Source: Candidatus Nomurabacteria bacterium
GTDB lineage: Bacteria; Patescibacteriota; Minisyncoccia; Phycocordibacterales; UBA9973
Direction: 5' to 3'
Assembly: GCA_016199805.1 (NCBI GenBank)
Contig: JACQGC010000013.1
Span: 66,327-130,326, forward strand
DNA: 64,000 bases
Part shown: positions 38,043 to 46,394 of the stretch, one piece after another
How positions within the stretch are numbered: position 1 is the stretch's first letter
Layout: each line of letters opens with the position of its first letter
The notes under the pieces: generated by a model
Databases searched by the model: none
What the model saw: only the letters and a program-made list of their open reading frames with translations
Told to the model about the DNA's origin: nothing
Made by a program: the position numbers and the translations under genes

Positions 38043-38144
38043 GAAAATAGTATACCCAGTTAGTAGATTTTAGCAATGTAATTTTGAAAAATTACGCGCT
38101 TCACGCCTTGCTAAAACTCACTACTGGGTATATATTAAAAATAT

Positions 38145-38624
38145 ATGAACACAAAGCTCGATGGTACTTTTGGGTTGATTTTTTTTATCTTGAACGGAAT
38201 TACCATATTCCTAGTTTTTTTGGGCATCGTCTGGGTTATCATTACCGAAAAACGCTTAAAAAGATTTTTCTTGGGTAAAAAAGCAAAGGACCTGGAAGAC
38301 ACTATCGTTGTGTTGGAAAACAATATTACAAAATTGTGCAAAGCCAGAGACAACACCGAAAAGGAAGTAGCTTTGATAAATTGCAAACTCAAGAAAAGCA
38401 TTCGTGGACTTGAAACGATACGCTTCAATCCGTTTCCGGACCAAGGCAGTAATCAGAGTTTTGCTATTGGCATGCTAAACGAAGAAGGTGACGGCTTGGT
38501 AATCTCCAGCCTGTATTCGAGGGAGAGAATGAGCATCTTTGCCAAACCGGTGAAAAATGGAAAATCTGAATATGAGCTTTCGGACGAAGAAAGAAGGGCT
38601 TTGGATAAAGCAGAAGTGAAGTAA
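38145..38624 (+). CDS. DUF4446-family membrane protein
   Basis: N-terminal TM; 'RFNPFPDQGSNQSFAIGMLNEEGDGLVISSLYSRERMSIFAKPVKNGKSEYELSDEE' matches DUF4446 conserved blocks. Confidence 0.55.
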   Translation: MNTKLDGTFGLIFFILNGITIFLVFLGIVWVIITEKRLKRFFLGKKAKDLEDTIVVLENNITKLCKARDNTEKEVALINCKLKKSIRGLETIRFNPFPDQGSNQSFAIGMLNEEGDGLVISSLYSRERMSIFAKPVKNGKSEYELSDEERRALDKAEVK

Positions 38625-38658
38625 GTTACAAAGTAGAAAGTTATAAAGTTAAACAAAA

Positions 38659-40179
38659 ATGCCAGAAAATAAAATAAACAAAATAATATCACGCCCGCCT
38701 GTGGTGGTAGTCATGGGCCATGTGGACCACGGCAAGTCTACGCTTTTGGATTATATCCGAAAAACCAACGTGGTGGAATGTGAAGCCGGAGGCATAACCC
38801 AGTGCATTTCCGCTTATGAAGTCGTGCATAAAAACGAGGAAGGTATTGATAAAAAAATAACCTTTCTGGATACTCCCGGACATGAAGCATTTTCAAAAAT
38901 GCGCGAACGCGGGGCGGAAGTAGCCGATATTGCCATTCTAGTGGTCTCGGCAGCCGATGGAGTAAAACCTCAGACTATAGAAGCTTGGAAAACCATCGTG
39001 GAATCCAAAATCCCCTGCCTGGTGGCCATAAACAAAATAGACAAACCGGGTGCCAATATAGAAAAAACAAAAACGGAACTGGCTGAGCATGAGATTTATT
39101 TGGAAAACTATGGCGGTAAAATTCCGTTTGTGGAAATTTCCGCAAAGATAGGCACCGGCGTAGACAATTTACTCTCACTTATTTTGATTATTGCCGAGAT
39201 GGAAAACTTGACCGGTGATTCCGGTGAAGATGCTTCCGGGTTTGTAATCGAAGTGAACTTGGATTCCAGGCGTGGAATAATGGCAACCCTGCTCATAAAA
39301 AATGGCTCAATCAAGAAAGGGATGACTGTCGCTGTGGAAAATGCAGTTTGTTCCACCCGCATAATCGAGAATTTTATGGGGAAAACGATAGATAATGCCA
39401 CTTTCTCTTCTCCTGTCCGTATCATGGGCTTTGATAAAATGCCGAGAGTGGGAGCGCAGTTCAAATCTTTTGCGAAAAAATCTGACGCGGAAGAATATGC
39501 GGAAAACTGGAAAAGTTTAGAAGTCCTGCCTCTAAGTGGAAGCAAAACCTCTAAGTCAGATAAAAAAATTATCCCGATAATTTTGAAAGCCGATGTTTCC
39601 GGCTCGCTCGAAGCCATCGAGAAAGAAATAGCTAAAATAAAAAATAAAACGGGTGTGGACAACGCCGAGTTTAGAATCATATCAAAAGGAGTGGGGCCTA
39701 TTTCCGAATCGGACATAAAAGGAGTGACTTCGGGAGAAGATGTATTGGTCATAGGGTTCAACGTGAAGGCCGACCGTAGCGCCGTAGAAATAGCCCAAAC
39801 GAGAGGTATAGTAATTTCTCACTTTGAAATTATTTATAAAATGACGGAATGGCTGGAAGAACAAATGGAAGAAAAGAGACCAAAAGTCGAAACCATTGAA
39901 ACGACCGGGCAAGCCAAGATTATCCGAGCCTTCAGCCGCACCAAGGAACGCCAAATAATAGGCGGCAAGGTGACCAGCGGAGAAATAAAATTGAATTCGA
40001 CTGTCAGAATAATGCGCCGGGAATTTGAAATTGGCCGCGGGAAAATTGTAAACTTGGAAAAGAGTAAAACAAAAGTAAGTAGTGTGGAGGAAGGTACAGA
40101 ATTCGGGATGATGCTGGAATCCAAAGTGGAAGTCGTAGCTGGAGATGTCCTCGAATCGTTTGCCATAACTCAAAAATAA
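38659..40179 (+). CDS. infB: translation initiation factor IF-2, short form (506 aa)
   Basis: '[20 protein letters not shown]', '[16 protein letters not shown]', 'NKIDKPGA'. Confidence 0.95.
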   Translation: MPENKINKIISRPPVVVVMGHVDHGKSTLLDYIRKTNVVECEAGGITQCISAYEVVHKNEEGIDKKITFLDTPGHEAFSKMRERGAEVADIAILVVSAADGVKPQTIEAWKTIVESKIPCLVAINKIDKPGANIEKTKTELAEHEIYLENYGGKIPFVEISAKIGTGVDNLLSLILIIAEMENLTGDSGEDASGFVIEVNLDSRRGIMATLLIKNGSIKKGMTVAVENAVCSTRIIENFMGKTIDNATFSSPVRIMGFDKMPRVGAQFKSFAKKSDAEEYAENWKSLEVLPLSGSKTSKSDKKIIPIILKADVSGSLEAIEKEIAKIKNKTGVDNAEFRIISKGVGPISESDIKGVTSGEDVLVIGFNVKADRSAVEIAQTRGIVISHFEIIYKMTEWLEEQMEEKRPKVETIETTGQAKIIRAFSRTKERQIIGGKVTSGEIKLNSTVRIMRREFEIGRGKIVNLEKSKTKVSSVEEGTEFGMMLESKVEVVAGDVLESFAITQK

Positions 40180-40227
40180 TTCACCTCACTCTAGCCCTCT
40201 CCTTGTAAAGGAGAGGGGAAATAAATT

Positions 40228-40551
40228 ATGAATCAAAGAAACGAAAAAGTTGCGAATAATATAAAAGAACTCACGGCGCAGTACCTGGGACGTGAGAATA
40301 ATAAAAGCTCTCTCATCACTGTCACCGGTTGCACCGTCTCCCCTGACCTAAAAAGGGCAACTATTTTTATCACTGTCCTGCCGGATTCCAAACAAGACGC
40401 CGCTCTGTTTTTCGTAAAAAGAAATCTGAAAGACGTCCGGGAGTTTCTGAAGGAAAATCTGGCAATAAAAATAATTCCTTTCCTGGATGTGGAGATAGAT
40501 TTGGGCGAAAAGAACCGCCAGAAAATTGACGAACTGCTGCGAAAAACGTAA
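40228..40551 (+). CDS. rbfA: ribosome-binding factor A
   Basis: 'RATIFITVLPDSKQDAALFFVKRNLKDVREFLKENLAIKIIPFLDVEID'. Confidence 0.85.
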   Translation: MNQRNEKVANNIKELTAQYLGRENNKSSLITVTGCTVSPDLKRATIFITVLPDSKQDAALFFVKRNLKDVREFLKENLAIKIIPFLDVEIDLGEKNRQKIDELLRKT

Positions 40552-40584
40552 ACTGAATTTGACCCCCTCTTTGATTCTCCCCCT

Positions 40585-40612
40585 TGGCAGGGGGAGTTTG
40601 GTGGAAAGCTTA
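40585..40612 (+). terminator. rho-independent terminator after rbfA
   Basis: 'ctccccc-ttggca-gggggag' followed by 'tttggtgg'. Confidence 0.5.
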
Positions 40613-40626
40613 GGCTTTCTGTAGTT

Positions 40627-40698
40627 GGCCTGGTAGCCAAGTGGTAAGGCATTCCTCTGCAAAAGGAATATACGGCGGTTCAATTCCGCCCCAGGCCT
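40627..40698 (+). tRNA. tRNA-Cys (GCA)
   Basis: Acceptor GGCCTGG/CCAGGCC. Anticodon stem TTCCT/AGGAA with loop CTGCAAA. T-arm GGCGG-TTCAATT-CCGCC. Confidence 0.85.
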
Positions 40699-40814
40699 CA
40701 AAAAATTAAATAATTTTAATTTTTTGCTGGTTCGCCGGAGGCGAAATTGCCGATGCGAGACAAGGTCGAGCAGGCAATAGGAAAAGAAGTATGTTAGAAT
40801 ATTTTAGGATTATT

Positions 40815-40896
40815 GCTCGGGTGGCGGAATTGGTATACGCGTTCGACTTAAAATCGAATCTCGCAAGAGGTATGGGTTCGACTCCCATCCCGAGCA
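40815..40896 (+). tRNA. tRNA-Leu (TAA), long variable arm
   Basis: Acceptor GCTCGGG/CCCGAGC. Anticodon stem TTCGA/TCGAA with loop CTTAAAA. T-arm ATGGG-TTCGACT-CCCAT. Confidence 0.85.
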
Positions 40897-40918
40897 CCGG
40901 TGTTTTTTAAAAAAATAT

Positions 40919-40991
40919 GCGCCCATAGCTCAGCTGGTAGAGCAGATCCCTCTTAAGGATAAGGTCGTTGGTTCGATCCCAACTGGGCGCA
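40919..40991 (+). tRNA. tRNA-Lys (CTT)
   Basis: Acceptor GCGCCCA/TGGGCGC. D-arm GCTC-AGCTGGTA-GAGC. Anticodon loop CTCTTAA. T-arm GTTGG-TTCGATC-CCAAC. Confidence 0.85.
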
Positions 40992-41026
40992 CATTGACTA
41001 GGAAAGGCCTAGCATTAAATAATTTT

Positions 41027-41108
41027 GGGCGAGTGGTGTAATTGGTAAACACGCCAGTCTTAGGAACTGGTGGCGCAAGCCGTGAGGGTTCAAGTCCCTC
41101 CTCGCCCA
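41027..41108 (+). tRNA. tRNA-Leu (TAG), long variable arm
   Basis: Acceptor GGGCGAG/CTCGCCC. Anticodon stem CCAGT/ACTGG with loop CTTAGGA. T-arm GAGGG-TTCAAGT-CCCTC. Confidence 0.85.
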
Positions 41109-41166
41109 CAAAATAGTGGAATATAGCAGACTTGACATTTATGGCACAATATGCTATACTTCACAC

Positions 41167-41928
41167 ATGAAGAAAATAAATAACAAATCAATAAATTTGA
41201 GCTTGAAAGTGCTGACTATTTTGGCTTTTGGCCTGATTTTTATCCCTTTTAACAAGGTTTCCGCTCAATCTGCCGGCTACAATTATGTTTACAGTAGCAA
41301 TACCGGACAGCAAGTCTACAACCCGGTGGATATAAACAATCCGAGTCCATCTATCGACGCCATCAGCCCAAAATCCAGCAACTTGGGTGTAGGTACAAAG
41401 ACTATCACCATTACCGGTAGTGGCTTTGTACCCAGCTCTGTCGCCAGAATAAATTCTGCCAACCGTACTACGACATTCATAGACCGCTCTCACCTCTTGG
41501 TGCAGATTACCGGCAATGACACTTATGCGTACAAAACCAACGGAGGATTTTATATCACTGTGTACAACGGTGCGCCGGGTGGAGGATTTTCCAACGCAGT
41601 TTTCTTTATTGTAAATAGCAACACCTCAGTAGCGGCTACAAACAATGCCAACAACTACAATTACGGCTCTGCCACAACCAACTACACTGACACGAACACA
41701 AACCAAAACACAAACGATACATTTACCGATACACCAAACGATGCAACCAATCCTGACAGCGGAAACGCCCTCGCCTCCAATGCCATCTTCGGGTCAAATA
41801 GTTTCTTACCTTCCGGCTTGATACAATGGATTCTGTTTGCGATATTTGTCCTCATCATAGTCATCTTAGCCAGAAGGATTTTCGGAGCCAAAGAGAACTA
41901 CGAGACTTCGCCTTTGAAACACGAGTAA
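41167..41928 (+). CDS. cell-surface protein with IPT/TIG domain, signal peptide and C-terminal TM anchor
   Basis: Start at 'MKKINNKSINLSLKVLTILAFGLIFIPF'. 'PSIDAISPKSSNLGVGTKTITITGSGFVPSSVARIN' is IPT-like. N/T-rich linker. C-terminal TM 'IQWILFAIFVLIIVILA'. Confidence 0.5.
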   Translation: MKKINNKSINLSLKVLTILAFGLIFIPFNKVSAQSAGYNYVYSSNTGQQVYNPVDINNPSPSIDAISPKSSNLGVGTKTITITGSGFVPSSVARINSANRTTTFIDRSHLLVQITGNDTYAYKTNGGFYITVYNGAPGGGFSNAVFFIVNSNTSVAATNNANNYNYGSATTNYTDTNTNQNTNDTFTDTPNDATNPDSGNALASNAIFGSNSFLPSGLIQWILFAIFVLIIVILARRIFGAKENYETSPLKHE

Positions 41929-42023
41929 TGGAATTATTCTCCTCTTGAGGAGTACCCTTTAGGGGGAGGTGGATGCATTTCCACCCCGGCGCAAGCGCCA
42001 CCCCTCAACGAGGGGAATCATAC

Positions 42024-42060
42024 GAAAAAGTCAGCCCGAAGGGGTTGACTTTTTCGTTTT
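42024..42060 (+). terminator. rho-independent terminator after the IPT/TIG gene
   Basis: 'aaaaagtcagccc-gaag-gggttgac-tttttcgtttt'. Confidence 0.6.
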
Positions 42061-42145
42061 GTTGTGATACAATGAGTAGGCACTAGTTATTCGAAATCAG
42101 AATAAGTTTTAGGTTTTGCGCTTACGGGCGCGAGGAGAAAAACAT

Positions 42146-43042
42146 ATGACTAGTAGAATCCTGGGCGCGGTGTGTGCCCTTTTCGTGCTCGCAAGCGCCT
42201 ACATGGTGTTCAGCGAGTTTTCTTGGTCATGGTCTTGGCTACTCCTAGTAGTCTGGACCATCGTCCTTAGTAGTTGGTACATGGGCGGATGGAAGAAAAT
42301 CGGGGGAGATGAGCTTGGCTGGAGAGCAGCCATTCTCTTACTCGGACAACGAACTTCCGGAGAAGTTGGTGAAGGTTGGCAATGGGTGCCGTTCCCTTTC
42401 GGGATAAAGCCGGTAGATTGTCGTGAGACAATCATAAAGCTTGACGCACTGGATGTTTTCACATCAGACACAGTGCCGGTAAAAATCGACGGTAGTATTG
42501 CAATAGAAATCGTCGACATAAACCTGTACCTTAGCGTTAATCCAGCCGGTCTTAAACAGGGATTGGACGATCTTTGGGACGAAGCGATTCGTAATAAGGT
42601 CGCAACAATTGCCTTGGATCAATTGCTACTGTCAAAAGAAACCCTAGAAAAACACGCACACATTGTTCTCAACCCTGAGGATGAGGAAAAAAAGCCACGT
42701 AATCGCTGGGGTTTTAAGGTGACAGGAGTTATTGTCTCCAAAATCTCGCCCGATCAAAAGATGACTGACGACTTAGAACTTGCCGCGCGTGAAGAACGCC
42801 AGCGTAAAGGTCAGCGAGTGCAGGCCAAACACCAGGCGGAATTGATCAAATTCTTTTCGGGTCATGAAAAGCTAGGAACCGATGGACCTGAAGGACCTGG
42901 ACTTTCCGCCGAGCTGGCCTATGAGGCATCGCTGATCCACATGGACAAGGCCGAACCGAAGAAACTTTCTTCGAGCACGTTTGGGCTTGATCCGGCAATT
43001 GTCACTGCGATTGTCGACGAATTGAGAAGGAGGAGACCATGA
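42146..43042 (+). CDS. SPFH/band-7 (stomatin/prohibitin/HflK-like) membrane protein, in a GC-rich island
   Basis: Two N-terminal TM helices. 'PVKIDGSIAIEIVD' and 'WGFKVTGVIVSKISPDQKMTDDLELAAREERQRKGQRVQAKHQAE' are SPFH signatures. Strong SD 'gaggag' 8 nt before the ATG. Local GC ~55% versus ~35% in flanking regions. Confidence 0.6.
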   Translation: MTSRILGAVCALFVLASAYMVFSEFSWSWSWLLLVVWTIVLSSWYMGGWKKIGGDELGWRAAILLLGQRTSGEVGEGWQWVPFPFGIKPVDCRETIIKLDALDVFTSDTVPVKIDGSIAIEIVDINLYLSVNPAGLKQGLDDLWDEAIRNKVATIALDQLLLSKETLEKHAHIVLNPEDEEKKPRNRWGFKVTGVIVSKISPDQKMTDDLELAAREERQRKGQRVQAKHQAELIKFFSGHEKLGTDGPEGPGLSAELAYEASLIHMDKAEPKKLSSSTFGLDPAIVTAIVDELRRRRP

Positions 43043-43527
43043 CACCATCTTCACCAACGACGCCAACCCAAAAACCCATTCGCCTCGGGACTTGGATAGG
43101 GGTAATCGGGGTTTTAATCTTTATTGTAATGGTAGTTGTTTTCTCTCTAGCTAGCTCATCAAGAACAACAGTAGAAAATAAAGCCGAAGCGGAAAATGCA
43201 GCTGCACAAGAAATAGCTGCCGCGTACGCCCGCAGTCTGGCTGCCCAGGAAGCCGCGCAGGTGATTCCCGAAGTACCGGGATTCCCTCGCGCTGGCGACG
43301 GATACCCAACCAAGGACAAGCCTACTAAGGCTTGGATTGACCCCAACAAGACCCACACTCGGGCTACGGCGGCAGTACAATACTGCGTCGCTGATCCCGA
43401 AAACAGCGAGATGTGCTGGACCGACCATATGGACGGTCATGATGTAGGGTTTCGTAATTTCCCGGCTGGACCATACCTCGTCTCCCCGCTTGGAGATGGC
43501 AAGGTTTTCTTCCACTGGTGGCAGTAA
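43039..43527 (+). CDS. hypothetical membrane-anchored protein (162 aa), translationally coupled to the SPFH gene (ATGA overlap)
   Basis: P/T-rich N-terminus, TM 'WIGVIGVLIFIVMVVVFSLA', Ala-rich segment, Cys pair 'YCVADPENSEMCW'. Same elevated GC as the SPFH gene. Confidence 0.45.
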   Translation: MTPSSPTTPTQKPIRLGTWIGVIGVLIFIVMVVVFSLASSSRTTVENKAEAENAAAQEIAAAYARSLAAQEAAQVIPEVPGFPRAGDGYPTKDKPTKAWIDPNKTHTRATAAVQYCVADPENSEMCWTDHMDGHDVGFRNFPAGPYLVSPLGDGKVFFHWWQ

Positions 43528-43634
43528 TTCTTCGCTAGTAGTAATGGCCGTAATCACGTTGGCCACGTAACACAAAAGGGGCGCTCGTTTACGAGACGCC
43601 CCTTTAGCATTTCTATTTAGTATTTTCCCCTTAC

Positions 43635-43973
43635 TTACTCGCTTAGATGCACTTCCCCTGTCTCCGGAGTCACTCCCTTTATGCCAAAAGTATTTATAAC
43701 TATGTTGAGTATCGTAAAGACTCCGAGCATAATAGTAATCCCGATGACACCCCAGAGCATGTGGCTTTTGCCTGAAGTTTTTTTCTCTTCGTTTTCTTGA
43801 TTCATTATAAACTCGAGAACGCCATAGAGAAAATAAACCACAGCTAGCGCAAATAAAAGTCCAATCAGCGGGTTGATAATCAGATTATCAACATTGGCGA
43901 TGAATCCGTTCAGGCTCGTGCTGGGTGCAGCATAGGCTATCTTTGTGCTAAAAAAACTAAGCAGTAAATCCAT
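43635..43973 (-). CDS. small two-TM pilin-like protein (VirB2/TrbC-like topology), array member 6 (112 aa)
   Basis: 'LIGLLFALAVVYFLYGVLEFIMNQENEEKKTSGKSHMLWGVIGITIMLGVFTILNIVINTF' fits the family pattern TM1 - charged loop - TM2. Confidence 0.45.
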   Translation of the reverse strand: MDLLLSFFSTKIAYAAPSTSLNGFIANVDNLIINPLIGLLFALAVVYFLYGVLEFIMNQENEEKKTSGKSHMLWGVIGITIMLGVFTILNIVINTFGIKGVTPETGEVHLSE

Positions 43974-43977
43974 ATTT

Positions 43978-44415
43978 TTATTGAACTACGGGTACTGTAG
44001 GAAGCGTAATGTTTGCACTGTTACCGACATTGAAAAATGTGTTTTTCAAAACATTTACAAGTCCCCACATACCGATAATCACAGCCAAACCGATGATGCC
44101 GTAAATAATTCTGTCTCGTCCTCTTGTCTTTGCCTCTTCGTCATTGGCAACAACGAAGGTAATGACTCCCCAGACAAAGTAAACGACTCCTAGGGCTATC
44201 AACACAGGAACTACAGCATTTAGAAATACTCCGATTCTGCATAGTAATCCAAACAAAGTTGCGTTTTGTCCGGCATAGGCTGCAGGATCGCAAGATGTAG
44301 TACTACCATTTATAGTAACCTGCGCGAATGCGACGATAGGCGCTAAAGCGAAAAACACACCCGACAATACCATTAAATTCTTTTTCATACGATTTTGCGA
44401 AATCGTGTCGCGCAA
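43978..44415 (-). CDS. small two-TM pilin-like protein, array member 5 (145 aa)
   Basis: Signal peptide. 'VPVLIALGVVYFVWGVITFVVANDEEAKTRGRDRIIYGIIGLAVIIGMWGLVNVLKNTF'. Confidence 0.45.
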   Translation of the reverse strand: MRDTISQNRMKKNLMVLSGVFFALAPIVAFAQVTINGSTTSCDPAAYAGQNATLFGLLCRIGVFLNAVVPVLIALGVVYFVWGVITFVVANDEEAKTRGRDRIIYGIIGLAVIIGMWGLVNVLKNTFFNVGNSANITLPTVPVVQ

Positions 44416-44525
44416 CCGTCCTTTAAGCGCGACGCAATTAACGAACTTATAATAAATGCGACCTAATAATAATTAAACTAATAATGTTACTTAATTATAC
44501 CCCTTGCCCAAATATGAAGCAAATT

Positions 44526-45233
44526 CTACTTTTGAGGCGGAACCACAGTAGGAAGCACAGAACTCCCTGTCTTGATTGCAAAAGTAGTCTGTAGAATATT
44601 AACCAAACCCCAAACCGAAAGCATGACCGCTAGGGCAATTATCCCCCAAATCATAAACTGCTTACCTTGCGCCCTTTTGGCTTCCTCGTCGGCATCAAGA
44701 ATGAGAAACTTTACCACTCCCCAAATAAACATAACCACAGCCAGCGCAAAAATGAATGGAATGATCGAGTTGCCTATGATACAGGTAAAGAAATCAAGAT
44801 AGTCGGAAAGTTTTGGTTTTCCTGCACCCAAGTCAGGACAACCGGAACCGGAATTTTTTGTAGTGGTCACTAAATTACCAAGGTCGGGAGTTTGACCGAC
44901 TCCCAAGCCGGTTGTTCCGCCTAAGCCGAATGTCTGATTTAGGATAGCTACCAATCCCCAGATGCTGACTATGACCGCCAAACCGATGATGCCGTAAATA
45001 ATTCTGTCGCGGCCATTCTTTTTAGCTTCCTCTCCATCAGCAATGAAATATTGCACCATTCCCCAGATAAAATATAAGACGCCAAATGCAACCAAAACCG
45101 GTAAAATAGCTTTAAAAAGATCGCTAATCTTGGTAATCACATCCGTCAAACCAGTGGCTTGAGCGGAAGCAATAAACGGTACAAAAACTGCAAGTAAAAG
45201 TATTGTAATAAATTTTAATAAATTTTTTTTCAT
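44526..45233 (-). CDS. tandemly duplicated two-TM pilin-like protein, array member 4 (235 aa; two modules)
   Basis: Module 1 '...YFIWGMVQYFIADGEEAKKNGRDRIIYGIIGLAVIVSIWGLVAILNQTF'. Module 2 '...MFIWGVVKFLILDADEEAKRAQGKQFMIWGIIALAVMLSVWGLVNILQTTF'. Confidence 0.45.
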   Translation of the reverse strand: MKKNLLKFITILLLAVFVPFIASAQATGLTDVITKISDLFKAILPVLVAFGVLYFIWGMVQYFIADGEEAKKNGRDRIIYGIIGLAVIVSIWGLVAILNQTFGLGGTTGLGVGQTPDLGNLVTTTKNSGSGCPDLGAGKPKLSDYLDFFTCIIGNSIIPFIFALAVVMFIWGVVKFLILDADEEAKRAQGKQFMIWGIIALAVMLSVWGLVNILQTTFAIKTGSSVLPTVVPPQK

Positions 45234-45234
45234 G

Positions 45235-45537
45235 TTATTTAGGTAATAATTTATTAAGGTCAGAGTTATTTATGTAGTTGTTGTCGTCCAAATTAAAAGT
45301 ATTAACAAGAATAAATACAAGTCCCCATACACTAATAATCACAGTCAGACCGATAATGCCATAGATAATCCCGTCTTTCCCTTTCTTTTTTGCTTCTTCG
45401 CTATCACCAATCATATATTGCACTATACCCCAAACAAGATAAACCACACCCAGAGCAACCAAGACAGGAATAACAGCTCCAAATATCTCATTTATTTTAC
45501 ACAACACACTAAGTATACCGGGATTACATGTACTCAT
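45235..45537 (-). CDS. small two-TM pilin-like protein, array member 3 (100 aa)
   Basis: 'IPVLVALGVVYLVWGIVQYMIGDSEEAKKKGKDGIIYGIIGLTVIISVWGLVFILVNTF'. Confidence 0.45.
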   Translation of the reverse strand: MSTCNPGILSVLCKINEIFGAVIPVLVALGVVYLVWGIVQYMIGDSEEAKKKGKDGIIYGIIGLTVIISVWGLVFILVNTFNLDDNNYINNSDLNKLLPK

Positions 45538-45563
45538 AACAAATTAAGTTAAATTAATAATAT

Positions 45564-45932
45564 TTACAAAGCCAAAACGGTGGCAGATATCATCTGCGCT
45601 ATCGCCCACGCACCCAATAATATCGCCGCACCTATCATTGTATAGAGCAAGGCGTCTTTGGCGTGAGTAATCTTTTCCGAGTTTCCTCTGGCAAAAACAA
45701 ACAGAAAACCGCAGTAAATGACGGCCAGCGCCACGACGGGAATTCCTATTTTGAGCATACCTTCCAGGATGCTTTGAATGAGTCCGGGTAAAGTGTTGTT
45801 GGTATTTAGTGGGTTACATATGACTCCCTTGGAAGGATCACAAGCGGGGTCATTGGCAAGAGAAATAACAGGTAAAACAGAAACATACGCGAGTACCGCC
45901 AACTTCTGCCAATTTTTTTGAATGAAATTCAT
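45564..45932 (-). CDS. small secreted two-TM pilin-like protein with Cys pair, array member 2 (122 aa)
   Basis: Signal peptide, 'ACDPSKGVIC', TM1, loop 'ARGNSEKITHAKD', TM2. Confidence 0.4.
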   Translation of the reverse strand: MNFIQKNWQKLAVLAYVSVLPVISLANDPACDPSKGVICNPLNTNNTLPGLIQSILEGMLKIGIPVVALAVIYCGFLFVFARGNSEKITHAKDALLYTMIGAAILLGAWAIAQMISATVLAL

Positions 45933-45960
45933 TGTTCTTTAATTATATACCTTTTTTCTG

Positions 45961-46371
45961 CTAAAAACCAATCCAGGCGCCACTATAGCCCAAAATCGAT
46001 AATAATGTCTTGACTATAAGCCAGGCCGCGGCGGCGAGGATGAGGCCAATCACCGCGTTGGTAAAGACTTTTTTGGCTATACCCCTCTTCTCGGTGCTGC
46101 CTCCGGAGCTTACCAGCTCGAATCCGGCATACACAAACATTATGGCCGCAATCGGTATGGCCATGAAATAAAGGGCAAAATTTATGAGCGTGTTTACCAG
46201 GGTCATCAGCGCATTAAAATCACAGGGGCCGGGATTGCTTTTTGTTAAACATGGCACCAGTCCGGAAGTCGGAGGAGTGTTCGCCAGAGAAAAAGCCGGA
46301 ACGGCCAGCAACACAGCAAGCACAATTACGAATGTATAATTACGAATTACGAATTTTTTTACTTTTTGCAT
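45961..46371 (-). CDS. small secreted two-TM pilin-like protein with Cys pair, array member 1 (136 aa)
   Basis: Signal peptide, 'PCLTKSNPGPC', TM1, loop 'SSGGSTEKRGIAKK', TM2. Confidence 0.4.
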   Translation of the reverse strand: MQKVKKFVIRNYTFVIVLAVLLAVPAFSLANTPPTSGLVPCLTKSNPGPCDFNALMTLVNTLINFALYFMAIPIAAIMFVYAGFELVSSGGSTEKRGIAKKVFTNAVIGLILAAAAWLIVKTLLSILGYSGAWIGF

Positions 46372-46394
46372 TTTATTACTTTACGAACTTTTTA

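Noticed and set aside
38047-38136. 9-bp inverted repeat (atacccagt / actgggtat, ~60 bp apart) in the divergent spacer between the cysteine desulfurase gene and the DUF4446 gene
   Set aside because: It is short enough to arise by chance in an AT-rich spacer and has no second copy, so it is noted only as a weak possible operator.
40706-40897. 63-aa ORF overlapping tRNA-Leu(TAA)
   Set aside because: It overlaps a confidently folded tRNA and is low-complexity, so it is spurious.
46318-46352. Tandem 'attacgaat' repeats at 46318-46352 and at 58945-58975
   Set aside because: Both lie inside coding sequence (the N-terminus of the 136-aa pilin-like gene and the C-terminus of murD) and encode ordinary residues. 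They are probably coincidental codon-level repetition, not a regulatory repeat.
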